Shown here piece after piece: positions 1 to 7,630 of a stretch of 20,000 bases of DNA. The stretch is taken from IMG/VR virus record IMGVR_UViG_3300022921_000003; one strand, 5' to 3'. A model generated the notes under the pieces. That model searched no databases, had not been told where the DNA came from, and saw only the letters and a list, made by a program, of their open reading frames with translations. How positions within the stretch are numbered: the first letter of the stretch is position 1; each line of letters begins with the position of its first letter. The translations under genes were made by a program, and so were the position numbers. Origin of the DNA: an uncultured virus (IMG/VR IMGVR_UViG_3300022921_000003) (lineage: Duplodnaviria; Heunggongvirae; Uroviricota; Caudoviricetes).

Positions 1-589
1 CTAGAATGACAGGGGGTGTTGGATTGTTCTCTGCGGCACCAACAACTGTGGCTTGATATGCCTGATTGAGTATCACTTGTCCTACGTCTGACTCAACTGA
101 TATCTCTCCCACACTTCCATCTGCATTGGGTAACAGAATGATGAGGGACTTACCAATCTCGTCAACTGTCATACTGAATGCAGTTCCAAGAACACCAATC
201 CTTGCGGTGGGTGTACTAATTGCGACTGCCTGACGATTGTTCTTTGCGATCAACCCACTTGCATATTTCACTGTGCCTAGTGCAACCTTGAGTCCAAGTT
301 TACTTGTCGTAGGTTTACTCGCATCATACACGAAATCATCAATGATAAGTTTACTGTGCTTCTCTATCTGCACCTTTGTCTTATCATCAAAACCAATGCC
401 GACCACACCGTTACCAGTGCGAATATCATCATTCATCTCAATACCAGTGTCTCTCTTTACGTCAAGTTTCTCCTTACTTCGAAAGAGTTCTGCTGGTCCT
501 GTTGCCTTCTCTACTGACCCTACTGCTGCAAACGAACTAGTCGGTAACAGTAATAGTGACAGAAGAACTACTGCCGTCCGTTGTAACAT
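1..589 (-). CDS. FecR-domain exported protein (3' end runs out of the window)
   Basis: Not in the ORF track; translated by hand from the ATG at 589: MLQRTAVVLLSLLLLPTSSFAAVGSVEKATG...MNDDIRTGNGVVGIGFDDKTKVQIEKHSKLIID...VAISTPTARIGVLGTAFSMTV. It has a Sec-type signal peptide (SFA|A) and the FecR-family patterns D.I.TG, F.D.T.V...S.L.I and TP.A.IGV.GT.F. The frame stays open to the window edge. Confidence 0.8.
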   Translation of the reverse strand, partial: MLQRTAVVLLSLLLLPTSSFAAVGSVEKATGPAELFRSKEKLDVKRDTGIEMNDDIRTGNGVVGIGFDDKTKVQIEKHSKLIIDDFVYDASKPTTSKLGLKVALGTVKYASGLIAKNNRQAVAISTPTARIGVLGTAFSMTVDEIGKSLIILLPNADGSVGEISVESDVGQVILNQAYQATVVGAAENNPTPPVIL

Positions 590-1238
590 CTACCGTACTT
601 GCCTCTGCACCAGATTGTGTAATACTTGCAGTATTACTGGAGCCTGTCATGTTTAGTGTTGTATCATGTTGTGACGCACCACTCTTGGTGATGGTCACTG
701 TATTTGTACTACCTGTGATATCAACATCTGTTAGTTTATCTGTGATACTTGCAGCAGTTGAGTTTTCTGTAATCGTTACATCATTACTGCCACCACTGAT
801 ATCTACATCAATATCAACATCGTCAACACCACTGGCAGTGTTACCAACATTAGTACTAACTGTGTTACTATTACCACCGCTGGCGTTGATTGTAATATTC
901 ACATCATCACTACCACCATTCGAACCACCCGTTGTACCAACTTCAATGTCAATATCAGAACTGTTACCTGTGATGTTAGATGTGATGTTCGCAGTATCAC
1001 CATAGATGTCATAATCTAGGGTGTTACTCGTACCCACTTGGTCGATGTCCATTGTGGTTGTAGCACCATCACTGATACTTGCATCACCACTAGCACCGAC
1101 ACGGTTACTTGTACCGTCTTGGTTTATGTTTATTGTTGCGCTTGACCCTGTTTGGTCAATGTAAATCACGTTATCAGCATATGCTGATGGTATCATAGTT
1201 AACAATGCTAAAGCCGCAACTGTTAACCTTGTTCTCAT
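537..1238 (-). CDS. Curlin-repeat (CsgA/CsgB-like) beta-solenoid secreted protein
   Basis: Signal peptide (AYA|DN) followed by imperfect repeats of alternating hydrophobic residues and Q/x-x-G-x-x-N turns (IYIDQTGSSA, ININQDGTSN, MDIDQVGTSN, VDISGGSN, VDITGSTN, LNMTGSSN, SITQSG). Rich in S/T/N/D/G. Lies directly downstream of csgG with an ATGA overlap. Confidence 0.72.
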   Translation of the reverse strand: MRTRLTVAALALLTMIPSAYADNVIYIDQTGSSATININQDGTSNRVGASGDASISDGATTTMDIDQVGTSNTLDYDIYGDTANITSNITGNSSDIDIEVGTTGGSNGGSDDVNITINASGGNSNTVSTNVGNTASGVDDVDIDVDISGGSNDVTITENSTAASITDKLTDVDITGSTNTVTITKSGASQHDTTLNMTGSSNTASITQSGAEASTVDVTTDGSSSSVTITVTD

Positions 1239-2026
1239 TGAGTCTCTCCTTTATAGTCCCAGAGTTTTTTTCTTCTACCTTCTTCCACCATTGCAATCAC
1301 CGCCTTTTCAATACCCTGTCTCACGGCATAATTTACTGGTTCATTCGTAGAAGTTCCCGCTTCAATCTCCAGAACTTTTGTTCCCATATCATAGAACTTA
1401 AATACATTCACCCCCATGTTTGTACTAAGAATAGTTTTCTCTGTTGTAATTGCCATCAAAACCTCACCAGTTAAAACACTGACGACACGAAGTCCAATCG
1501 TTACAACATCCATTCTCCACTCTGTCATTGGACCGATACCCATAACTCTGGCACCAAATCCACCAGTATACTTGTTAGAATCATAACCTACCACACCACC
1601 TTCGATCATAATTCCTGCAAACTGTAATGCCCCTAATTCTTTTGCCTTCTCCCCATCAAATTTCTGTCTCGTATTTCTTATCAACTGTCTTTCTTTGATA
1701 AGATTGTCTAGTCCTGACCTCTCCACTACATTGAAGAACTTACCATCCGCCATGTCCATCAATGCTTTTATCAAATAAATTTCTGCACCCTGTGTAACTG
1801 CACTACTCAGATTTGCGATATTGTCTGCTGGTTTTCTTTGTCCTGTTTTATCAGTAAAAGAATACACAGCAACACTGACAGGTTTACCGTTTAATATCTG
1901 TGGGAAATCTCTAAGTTTATTTCCCATAGGTGTCTTTGCTATCTCAGGTGGTTGTGTGATAGCCTCCGCCGACATACATCCTGCTAATGTAAGTGACAAC
2001 ATCAAACATAATATTATCTTTCGCAT
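1235..2026 (-). CDS. csgG: Curli secretion channel lipoprotein CsgG
   Basis: Lipobox LAGC at residue 17. Motifs VAVYSFTDKTGQRKP, SSAVTQGA, FNVVERSGLDNLIKERQLIR, IEGGVVGYDSN, TGGFGAR, D.VT..LRVVSV.TGEV, K.ILS and E.G...NEPV..AVR..IEKAV match CsgG along its whole length. Confidence 0.92.
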   Translation of the reverse strand: MRKIILCLMLSLTLAGCMSAEAITQPPEIAKTPMGNKLRDFPQILNGKPVSVAVYSFTDKTGQRKPADNIANLSSAVTQGAEIYLIKALMDMADGKFFNVVERSGLDNLIKERQLIRNTRQKFDGEKAKELGALQFAGIMIEGGVVGYDSNKYTGGFGARVMGIGPMTEWRMDVVTIGLRVVSVLTGEVLMAITTEKTILSTNMGVNVFKFYDMGTKVLEIEAGTSTNEPVNYAVRQGIEKAVIAMVEEGRRKKLWDYKGETQ

Positions 2027-2035
2027 CCATTCTTC

Positions 2036-2590
2036 CTAAAATCCAAATCCACTTGTTGGAATAACTAGAGTTGTTACTGTACCATCTGCGGCAGTTACAA
2101 CTAATGAAACCTCGTCTCCAACCGTACTGTAAGCAACTGTGTTTCCCATAATCTCAATTGTACCACTTTCCTCTGCGGCCTCTCCAAATAATTTCTCACT
2201 CAACTGTTTACTCAACTCTGCATACACTCTACTCTCAAAGTTCTTTAAGAACTTATTTAGATTGGTGTTCTCTGATTCTCTCTCTGCCTCTCTTCTTGCA
2301 GACTCTTCCTTCGCCTTGATATCCTGTTTTCTCTGAAACGTTAGGTTCTCAATTGTTAGAACATGTTGACTGTAACCGTTCCCTGTAAATACTGGTGACT
2401 TCCATGTGTGCTTCAACTCAGAACCATATGCAGCAGTCATCAGAAATAACCCAAGAAAAATTCCAAGAATTAGAGAGCAGATAAAAGTAGAAAAGTTGGA
2501 AAACAACATCTCCTTATATGTGTAAATGTATGGGTTAGATTTCCTTAATCTTTCCCATGCAAGTCTCTCAGTCTCGTTTTTGTACTTCAT
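2036..2590 (-). CDS. csgF: Curli assembly component CsgF-like protein
   Basis: Hydrophobic segment ending AYG|SELKHTWKSPVFTGNG, resembling the CsgF N-terminal EL.y.f.nPsFgG motif. Also LNKFLKNFESRVYAELSKQL and a C-terminal beta region (GTIEIMG...DGTVTTLVIP). Adjacent to csgG. Start codon uncertain. Confidence 0.78.
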   Translation of the reverse strand: MKYKNETERLAWERLRKSNPYIYTYKEMLFSNFSTFICSLILGIFLGLFLMTAAYGSELKHTWKSPVFTGNGYSQHVLTIENLTFQRKQDIKAKEESARREAERESENTNLNKFLKNFESRVYAELSKQLSEKLFGEAAEESGTIEIMGNTVAYSTVGDEVSLVVTAADGTVTTLVIPTSGFGF

Positions 2591-2828
2591 CTTGCTTTTC
2601 CTTATCCAGATATTCCAAAATCATAGTAAGTTTTTGATTCAGTCGTATTAAGTCATTATCCAACATACGAATACGATCAATCAAAGCAATCAAAGTAACA
2701 TTCGCTTCATTAATTACAGGGTCAACTTCCTTCGTTGCCCAATTCCAAACATAGTACACAAAATACCCAAGTCCTACTGCTGCTACAATTGGAAATCCAA
2801 AATCTTTTATCAGTGCAGCAATATCCAT
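2568..2828 (-). CDS. Small membrane protein (YvrJ/holin-like GFPI motif), paralog 1
   Basis: One TM segment (FGFPIVAAVGLGYFVYYVW) followed by a coiled-coil-like tail. ATG at 2828 has GAGG upstream; the ORF track starts at the TTG at 2834. Confidence 0.7.
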   Translation of the reverse strand: MDIAALIKDFGFPIVAAVGLGYFVYYVWNWATKEVDPVINEANVTLIALIDRIRMLDNDLIRLNQKLTMILEYLDKEKQDEVQKRD

Positions 2829-2830
2829 CG

Positions 2831-3115
2831 TCAATCTTTCCTCGTATCATTTTTACCATCAGCACGAGCAATACGGCTGATGTCTGGTTTCACACCAAAT
2901 GCGGTACTCATCAATGTATCAATTCGGATAATATCATGGTTCATGGTTTGTACTCTGTTGTCGAGGGCACCAATGATACCCTTCATGCGACCAACAGAGT
3001 CCATGACACCATTTAAAATAAAACGCATTGTCAGAAATACGAAATACCCACCGGCGCAGGCTGCAGCGATGGGGAATCCGACCTCTTTTATAAAGTCGAA
3101 AATACTTGGTTCCAT
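2831..3115 (-). CDS. Small membrane protein (YvrJ/holin-like GFPI motif), paralog 2
   Basis: One TM segment (VGFPIAAACAGGYFVFLTM) followed by a coiled-coil-like tail. GGAG RBS upstream. Aligns by eye to the neighbouring gene. Confidence 0.72.
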   Translation of the reverse strand: MEPSIFDFIKEVGFPIAAACAGGYFVFLTMRFILNGVMDSVGRMKGIIGALDNRVQTMNHDIIRIDTLMSTAFGVKPDISRIARADGKNDTRKD

Positions 3116-3137
3116 ATCAACTCCAAGAGTTAGATGT

Positions 3138-3683
3138 TTAGGACCAATTCAAAATCATGTAGTTATTGTCAAGACCATAAGTATGAACATGAGTATAAAC
3201 ACTTCTAGGTGCATGTCTATTTATCATTTCAACCCACCAATCCATCGGCTCAATTGTACAATGTGCATTTTCACCATTGGGTAATATTGTCACGGCAGGT
3301 CGAGTACATATACCTAAAAACACAAATTTCTGTGCATTACTATATATGTATTCAAAGATTGACGGAATTATCTCTCTAGGGATATGTTCCATAACATCTG
3401 TGGAATAGATACCGTCAAATGGACCTTCTGGTAGGTTTTCATACTCTGGTACTGCTGGGTCATAAAGTGTTGGCATAAAACCCCACTCTTCGTGTAGTTT
3501 CTCAACTGTGTACTGCCGAGCCTTACCACATCCATAGTCTAGGAGTGTTTTAGAGCCTGTCTCTTGCACCAAATGTGCAACGAGATTGTGTTGGTGTTTA
3601 TAAGAATTGCCTGGGAACTTTGTAGTATCACTGTGGTGCAGTTTATACTGTTCTATGTATTTCTGTTCAATCTCTTTCATCAT
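3138..3683 (-). CDS. Class I SAM-dependent methyltransferase
   Basis: Motif I LLDYGCGK, YDP, FDGIYSTDVMEHIP, and a C-terminal NAHCT...WW. Typical of small Methyltransf_23-like phage enzymes. Confidence 0.85.
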   Translation of the reverse strand: MMKEIEQKYIEQYKLHHSDTTKFPGNSYKHQHNLVAHLVQETGSKTLLDYGCGKARQYTVEKLHEEWGFMPTLYDPAVPEYENLPEGPFDGIYSTDVMEHIPREIIPSIFEYIYSNAQKFVFLGICTRPAVTILPNGENAHCTIEPMDWWVEMINRHAPRSVYTHVHTYGLDNNYMILNWS

Positions 3684-4005
3684 GTAGTCTCACGAAATAT
3701 TCTGCGTCAATAACGACAAGTGGTTTACTGTTGTTTCTTTTGATTATCAATAGAGGTTCGTAGTTACCAGAGTTCTCTGTTGCCTGTTCGTATGACTTCC
3801 ATACGTTCACTGCCTCTTGGTTCTTACATTCAATTGAGTAAGGAAACTTCTCTCTCGCAGCACGGGCCATGATGAGGTCTTCACCCCCTGCACCCATACT
3901 GCGAGACTCAATATCTTCTGGATGTACTTTCAGTTCTTCGATTAATAGATTGCGAACCCACTGTTGAAGTCTGCGTCCTTTTGCCTTTGCACTTTGAGTC
4001 TTCAT
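3667..4005 (-). CDS. PD-(D/E)xK nuclease, Holliday junction resolvase-like
   Basis: N-terminal helix SAKAKGRRLQ, GED-L, and IECKNQE (E-x-K), followed by PLLIIKRN. ATG at 4005 overlaps the upstream TGA (ATGA). Confidence 0.7.
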   Translation of the reverse strand: MKTQSAKAKGRRLQQWVRNLLIEELKVHPEDIESRSMGAGGEDLIMARAAREKFPYSIECKNQEAVNVWKSYEQATENSGNYEPLLIIKRNNSKPLVVIDAEYFVRLHDERD

Positions 4006-4436
4006 GGACACACCGTTATGTCTTTAACTCTGTATGGTTGATTAAGAATCCAATCAATCACACTCACACAATATGATACTGTCATTTTTGGTGCATCAAT
4101 ATGAGCAACTCTTTCAGTATCAAAACGACCAAATCTCACAATCGTCGTATTTATTCCAAGATAATATAATTGATCGTTAGCAAAGTCTAGTGCTGCTTTC
4201 TCAGTTGGATAAGTTCTAATCCTATTTCCACGTTGATCAGGTGAGTTTGATCCTATGTTGATTATACGTTTGTTGAGTTCAGCAGCCTTATACAACAGTT
4301 CAACTTGTTGAAACCCATCGTGTTTGTTGTTTATGAAAACGTCACATTCTTCTAGGGTGTCTACCGTGTCATAGAATGTACTAAGTGCTTTACCAAGACC
4401 CCTTCGTGTTCCATTAATATAAAAATTAGTCGTCAT
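4002..4436 (-). CDS. Compact short-chain dehydrogenase/reductase-like protein
   Basis: GTRRGLG (GxxxGxG), DVFINN, IINIGS and YPTEK (YxxxK) appear in SDR order within 144 aa. Confidence 0.7.
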   Translation of the reverse strand: MTTNFYINGTRRGLGKALSTFYDTVDTLEECDVFINNKHDGFQQVELLYKAAELNKRIINIGSNSPDQRGNRIRTYPTEKAALDFANDQLYYLGINTTIVRFGRFDTERVAHIDAPKMTVSYCVSVIDWILNQPYRVKDITVCP

Positions 4437-4581
4437 CCTCTTCCCATTCTATATCATGCTCAAGTTCGTCTTCCAAACCCTCACCACAGAATGGGCAAAA
4501 TGAAATCATGTAGTAATCATCATCCATATGATGTTTAATCTGACACTCTGCTTCACATGATTCACATACTACTAATTTCAT
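4426..4581 (-). CDS. Small Zn-ribbon protein
   Basis: MKLVVCESC...FCPFCG with an acidic tail. ATG at 4581 overlaps the nrdB TGA. Confidence 0.7.
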   Translation of the reverse strand: MKLVVCESCEAECQIKHHMDDDYYMISFCPFCGEGLEDELEHDIEWEEDDD

Positions 4582-5834
4582 GCTGCTTCTATCGAATATG
4601 CCTCGTCCCAACTACCTGACAATCCCGCGACTTCATATTCAGTAACACGATTTTCAAAGAAGTTTGTGTGGTCTGCACCGTTCAATACCCATTCCAACCA
4701 AGGCAGAGGATTCTCTTTCACCTTGAAGTTTGTCTTCAGACCAAGTTGTAGAAGTCTACGGTCTGTGATATATCTTATATAGGTCTTTACTTCAGATGCA
4801 TCTAGACCCTCAATCTCACCCATCTTGTATGCGAGGTCAACAAACTTATCCTCTAACTTGACTGCAATGCGAGCCATATTGTAAATCTCTGCTTTGAACT
4901 CGTCGTTCACAATCTTTGGTTTCTCTGAACAGAGTTGACGGAATGTCTTTGCATTTCCCTCGACATGCATGGACTCGTCACGAATACTCCACTCAACAAC
5001 CTTACCCATACCCTTCATCTTACCGTAACGTTGGAAGTTGAGGAGCATGACGAATGATGCGAAGAGTGCAACACCCTCGTTGAATACAGACTTTGCGAGT
5101 GCAAGTCCAAGACCACGAATGGTTCCAACGTCAGAGTCCTGCATGAATTCAATCTTGTCCATCATCTCTTTGTACTCAAGGAACGCATGGTACTCACTGT
5201 CTGACAGTCCAAGTGTCTCGTTCAGAAGTGCATATGCTCTCTGGTGGACACCCTCACGGGATGCAAAGGAACCGAGCATGTTTCTAATCTCGTTGTTCTT
5301 GAACTTGGGAATGAAGTGGTCATAGTAGTTCTGACCAACGGCAACGTCAGACTGTGTGAATAGACGAAGAATGTTTGTGATGTATTCCTTCTCTACCTGT
5401 GTAACCTTACCAGACTTCCAATCTGATACGTCCTCTGACAAGTCCAGTTCGTCCTCAATCCAATGCGCCTTCTCATGACGAGTGGTAATCTCCACAGCCC
5501 AAGGATAGTGGAAAGGTTTGTATGTCTTACTGAACTCAAGCAGACCACCACCACTTCTCTTGCGAAGAAGGTCATCTGCCTTCTTCATGAGGTCATCGTA
5601 ACCACCAATGTGTTCACCATCAATGAAAATCTGTGGGACAGAGTTCACTCGACGCACTGCTGTGTTCTCACCAACAGTCTCTTTGATACCGTTGATGGAC
5701 TGATAGAAAGCAAGACGTTCTTCCTCATTATCCATAAGTTCCTCTGCATACTCAAATCCATGATCCTTAAACCATGTCTTTGCCATAGTACAAAATGGAC
5801 AATCTGTTTTTGTTACGATTCTTATCCCTGACAT
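4578..5834 (-). CDS. nrdB: Ribonucleotide reductase class Ia beta subunit with N-terminal glutaredoxin domain
   Basis: Grx domain: CPFC, VPQIFIDGEHIGGYDDL. NrdB domain: FTQSDVAVG, EGVHQRAY (ExxH plus radical Tyr), EGVALFASF, DESMH, NFFENRVTEY. AGGAGG lies 10 nt upstream of the ATG at 5834. Confidence 0.95.
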   Translation of the reverse strand: MSGIRIVTKTDCPFCTMAKTWFKDHGFEYAEELMDNEEERLAFYQSINGIKETVGENTAVRRVNSVPQIFIDGEHIGGYDDLMKKADDLLRKRSGGGLLEFSKTYKPFHYPWAVEITTRHEKAHWIEDELDLSEDVSDWKSGKVTQVEKEYITNILRLFTQSDVAVGQNYYDHFIPKFKNNEIRNMLGSFASREGVHQRAYALLNETLGLSDSEYHAFLEYKEMMDKIEFMQDSDVGTIRGLGLALAKSVFNEGVALFASFVMLLNFQRYGKMKGMGKVVEWSIRDESMHVEGNAKTFRQLCSEKPKIVNDEFKAEIYNMARIAVKLEDKFVDLAYKMGEIEGLDASEVKTYIRYITDRRLLQLGLKTNFKVKENPLPWLEWVLNGADHTNFFENRVTEYEVAGLSGSWDEAYSIEAA

Positions 5835-7621
5835 GCGACACATTCCTCCTGGCTCATTGCTTGACTTTCATAATCCTTCAGTGCTTCTCTTTTAACCTTG
5901 ATAGACACGTTCTCTGCTTTGTTAGATGTTTCTGTGCGTAGATAATATAGACCTTTGCATCCATACTTCCATGCGTTGTAGTGTACCTTATGCAGTGACC
6001 CACGATCTGCACCAGAGGGAAAGAACACATTTAGTGACTGTCCCTGACATAGAAACTCCTGTCTGTGTCCACCCTGTCTCACGATTGCATCTTGGTCAAT
6101 CTCAATGGCAGTTCTGAATACATCCTTCACCTCGTCTGATAGGAAATCAAGGTGTTGCACAGAACCACCGTTTGTGATGATGCTGCTCCAAGTTGTCTGG
6201 TCATTCTTACCCACCTTCTCTAGTTCCTCTTCAAGATAGATATTCTTGACCAGATGTGAACCAGCACGAGTCCTATGCGTGTATGCGTTTGCCTTCAGTG
6301 GTTCGATAGAAGGTGATGTAGACACGATGATGGAACTGTTTGCGTTAGGTGCGATTGCAAGAAGATGTGAGTTACGTCTTCCTGTCCCTTCCATGTCTGG
6401 ACACTCACCACGTTCCTCTGCAAGTTTTTCTGTCTCCTTCACAGCCTGCGTCTTGATATACTCAAATACCTCGACGTTCTTTTTATCTGCATCCTCTGAA
6501 TCAAAAGGAATACGATGACGATTCAAATAAGAATGCCAACCCATTGCACCAAGACCAAGAGAACGTTCCTGTTGTGCAGAATAACGAGCACGGGAAATCT
6601 CATCACCAGCATGGTCGATAAAGAACTGTAGAACGTTGTCTAGGAATCGAATAAGATCACGAATCATGGGTGTCTTACTCCACTCATCATACTTCTCTAG
6701 GTTCACAGATGAAAGGCAGCACACAGCAGTGCGGTCTTCACTAGTAGGAAGATGAATCTCATTGCAGAGATTAGAACCGTGAATCTTTAGACCCTTCTCT
6801 TTCATCGTCTGTGGTAGGGCACGGTTTGCAGTGTCAATGAAATTTAGATATGGTTCACCTGTACGATACCGTGTCTCCAGTAGAAGTTCCCATAACTTCC
6901 TTGCCCTCATACTATCACGAACTGTGCCATCGTCTGGATCAACCAAGTCCCACACCTCGTCACGTTCTACTGCTCTCATGAAAGAGTCTGTCACGTTGAC
7001 TGCGTGGTGTAGGTTTAGGTTCTTACGGTTTACATCACCAGTAGGAATACGCATATTAACAAACTCAATGATGTCTGGATGTGAGATGTCCATGTATGCT
7101 GCATAGGAACCCTTGCGTGTCCTTCCCTGACGATATGCAGTCATGTCTGCATCTACCGTGTGTAGAAATGGCATAGGGCCTGGTGCTTTCTCTGATACTG
7201 CACGAACAGCAGACCAGTGTCCACCAACACCACCACCTTTGACAGACAACCAACGGAGTTCTGCACTATGGTCGATGAGTCCTTCTAGACTATCTGGAAC
7301 ATAGGTTAGGAAACAAGAAATAGGTAGAGACTTTACCTTTGCGCCTGGGAGTGGTGCATTGGAAAGAACAGGTGATGCAAACATGAACCACCCCTCTGAG
7401 ACATAATCATAGATGCGTTGTGCGAGGTCCATGTCTCCGTAGGAGTAGGCAACAGCGGCGCGAGCATATGATTGTTGTGCAGAGGTTTCTTCTTTTAACT
7501 GGTAATAATCTTTTAGGAGTTTTCTTGCTTGTTCTGATAAGTTGTTGTCTTTTGTTCTGTCGATTTTGATACCTAGATACTCTTCTTCTAGGTCAAGGTA
7601 AACTACCTCTGCTGTTGCCAT
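5822..7621 (-). CDS. nrdA: Ribonucleotide reductase class Ia alpha subunit (no ATP cone)
   Basis: SPVLSN, ISCFL, GGGVG, TGEPY, GSNLCNEI, VCCLSS, AIAPNANSS, CQGQSLN, KGLYYLR and the C-terminal CVACQG. Confidence 0.97.
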   Translation of the reverse strand: MATAEVVYLDLEEEYLGIKIDRTKDNNLSEQARKLLKDYYQLKEETSAQQSYARAAVAYSYGDMDLAQRIYDYVSEGWFMFASPVLSNAPLPGAKVKSLPISCFLTYVPDSLEGLIDHSAELRWLSVKGGGVGGHWSAVRAVSEKAPGPMPFLHTVDADMTAYRQGRTRKGSYAAYMDISHPDIIEFVNMRIPTGDVNRKNLNLHHAVNVTDSFMRAVERDEVWDLVDPDDGTVRDSMRARKLWELLLETRYRTGEPYLNFIDTANRALPQTMKEKGLKIHGSNLCNEIHLPTSEDRTAVCCLSSVNLEKYDEWSKTPMIRDLIRFLDNVLQFFIDHAGDEISRARYSAQQERSLGLGAMGWHSYLNRHRIPFDSEDADKKNVEVFEYIKTQAVKETEKLAEERGECPDMEGTGRRNSHLLAIAPNANSSIIVSTSPSIEPLKANAYTHRTRAGSHLVKNIYLEEELEKVGKNDQTTWSSIITNGGSVQHLDFLSDEVKDVFRTAIEIDQDAIVRQGGHRQEFLCQGQSLNVFFPSGADRGSLHKVHYNAWKYGCKGLYYLRTETSNKAENVSIKVKREALKDYESQAMSQEECVACQG

Positions 7622-7630
7622 TGTTGTCTC

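Noticed and set aside
1..3115. Curli cassette as host chromosomal DNA or a prophage boundary
   Set aside because: The genes are on the same strand and tightly coupled to phage genes. No integrase, att site, tRNA or visible compositional break is present.
4578..7621. Introns, inteins or homing endonucleases in nrdA/nrdB
   Set aside because: Both frames are continuous and compact, with no insertion apart from the Grx domain.
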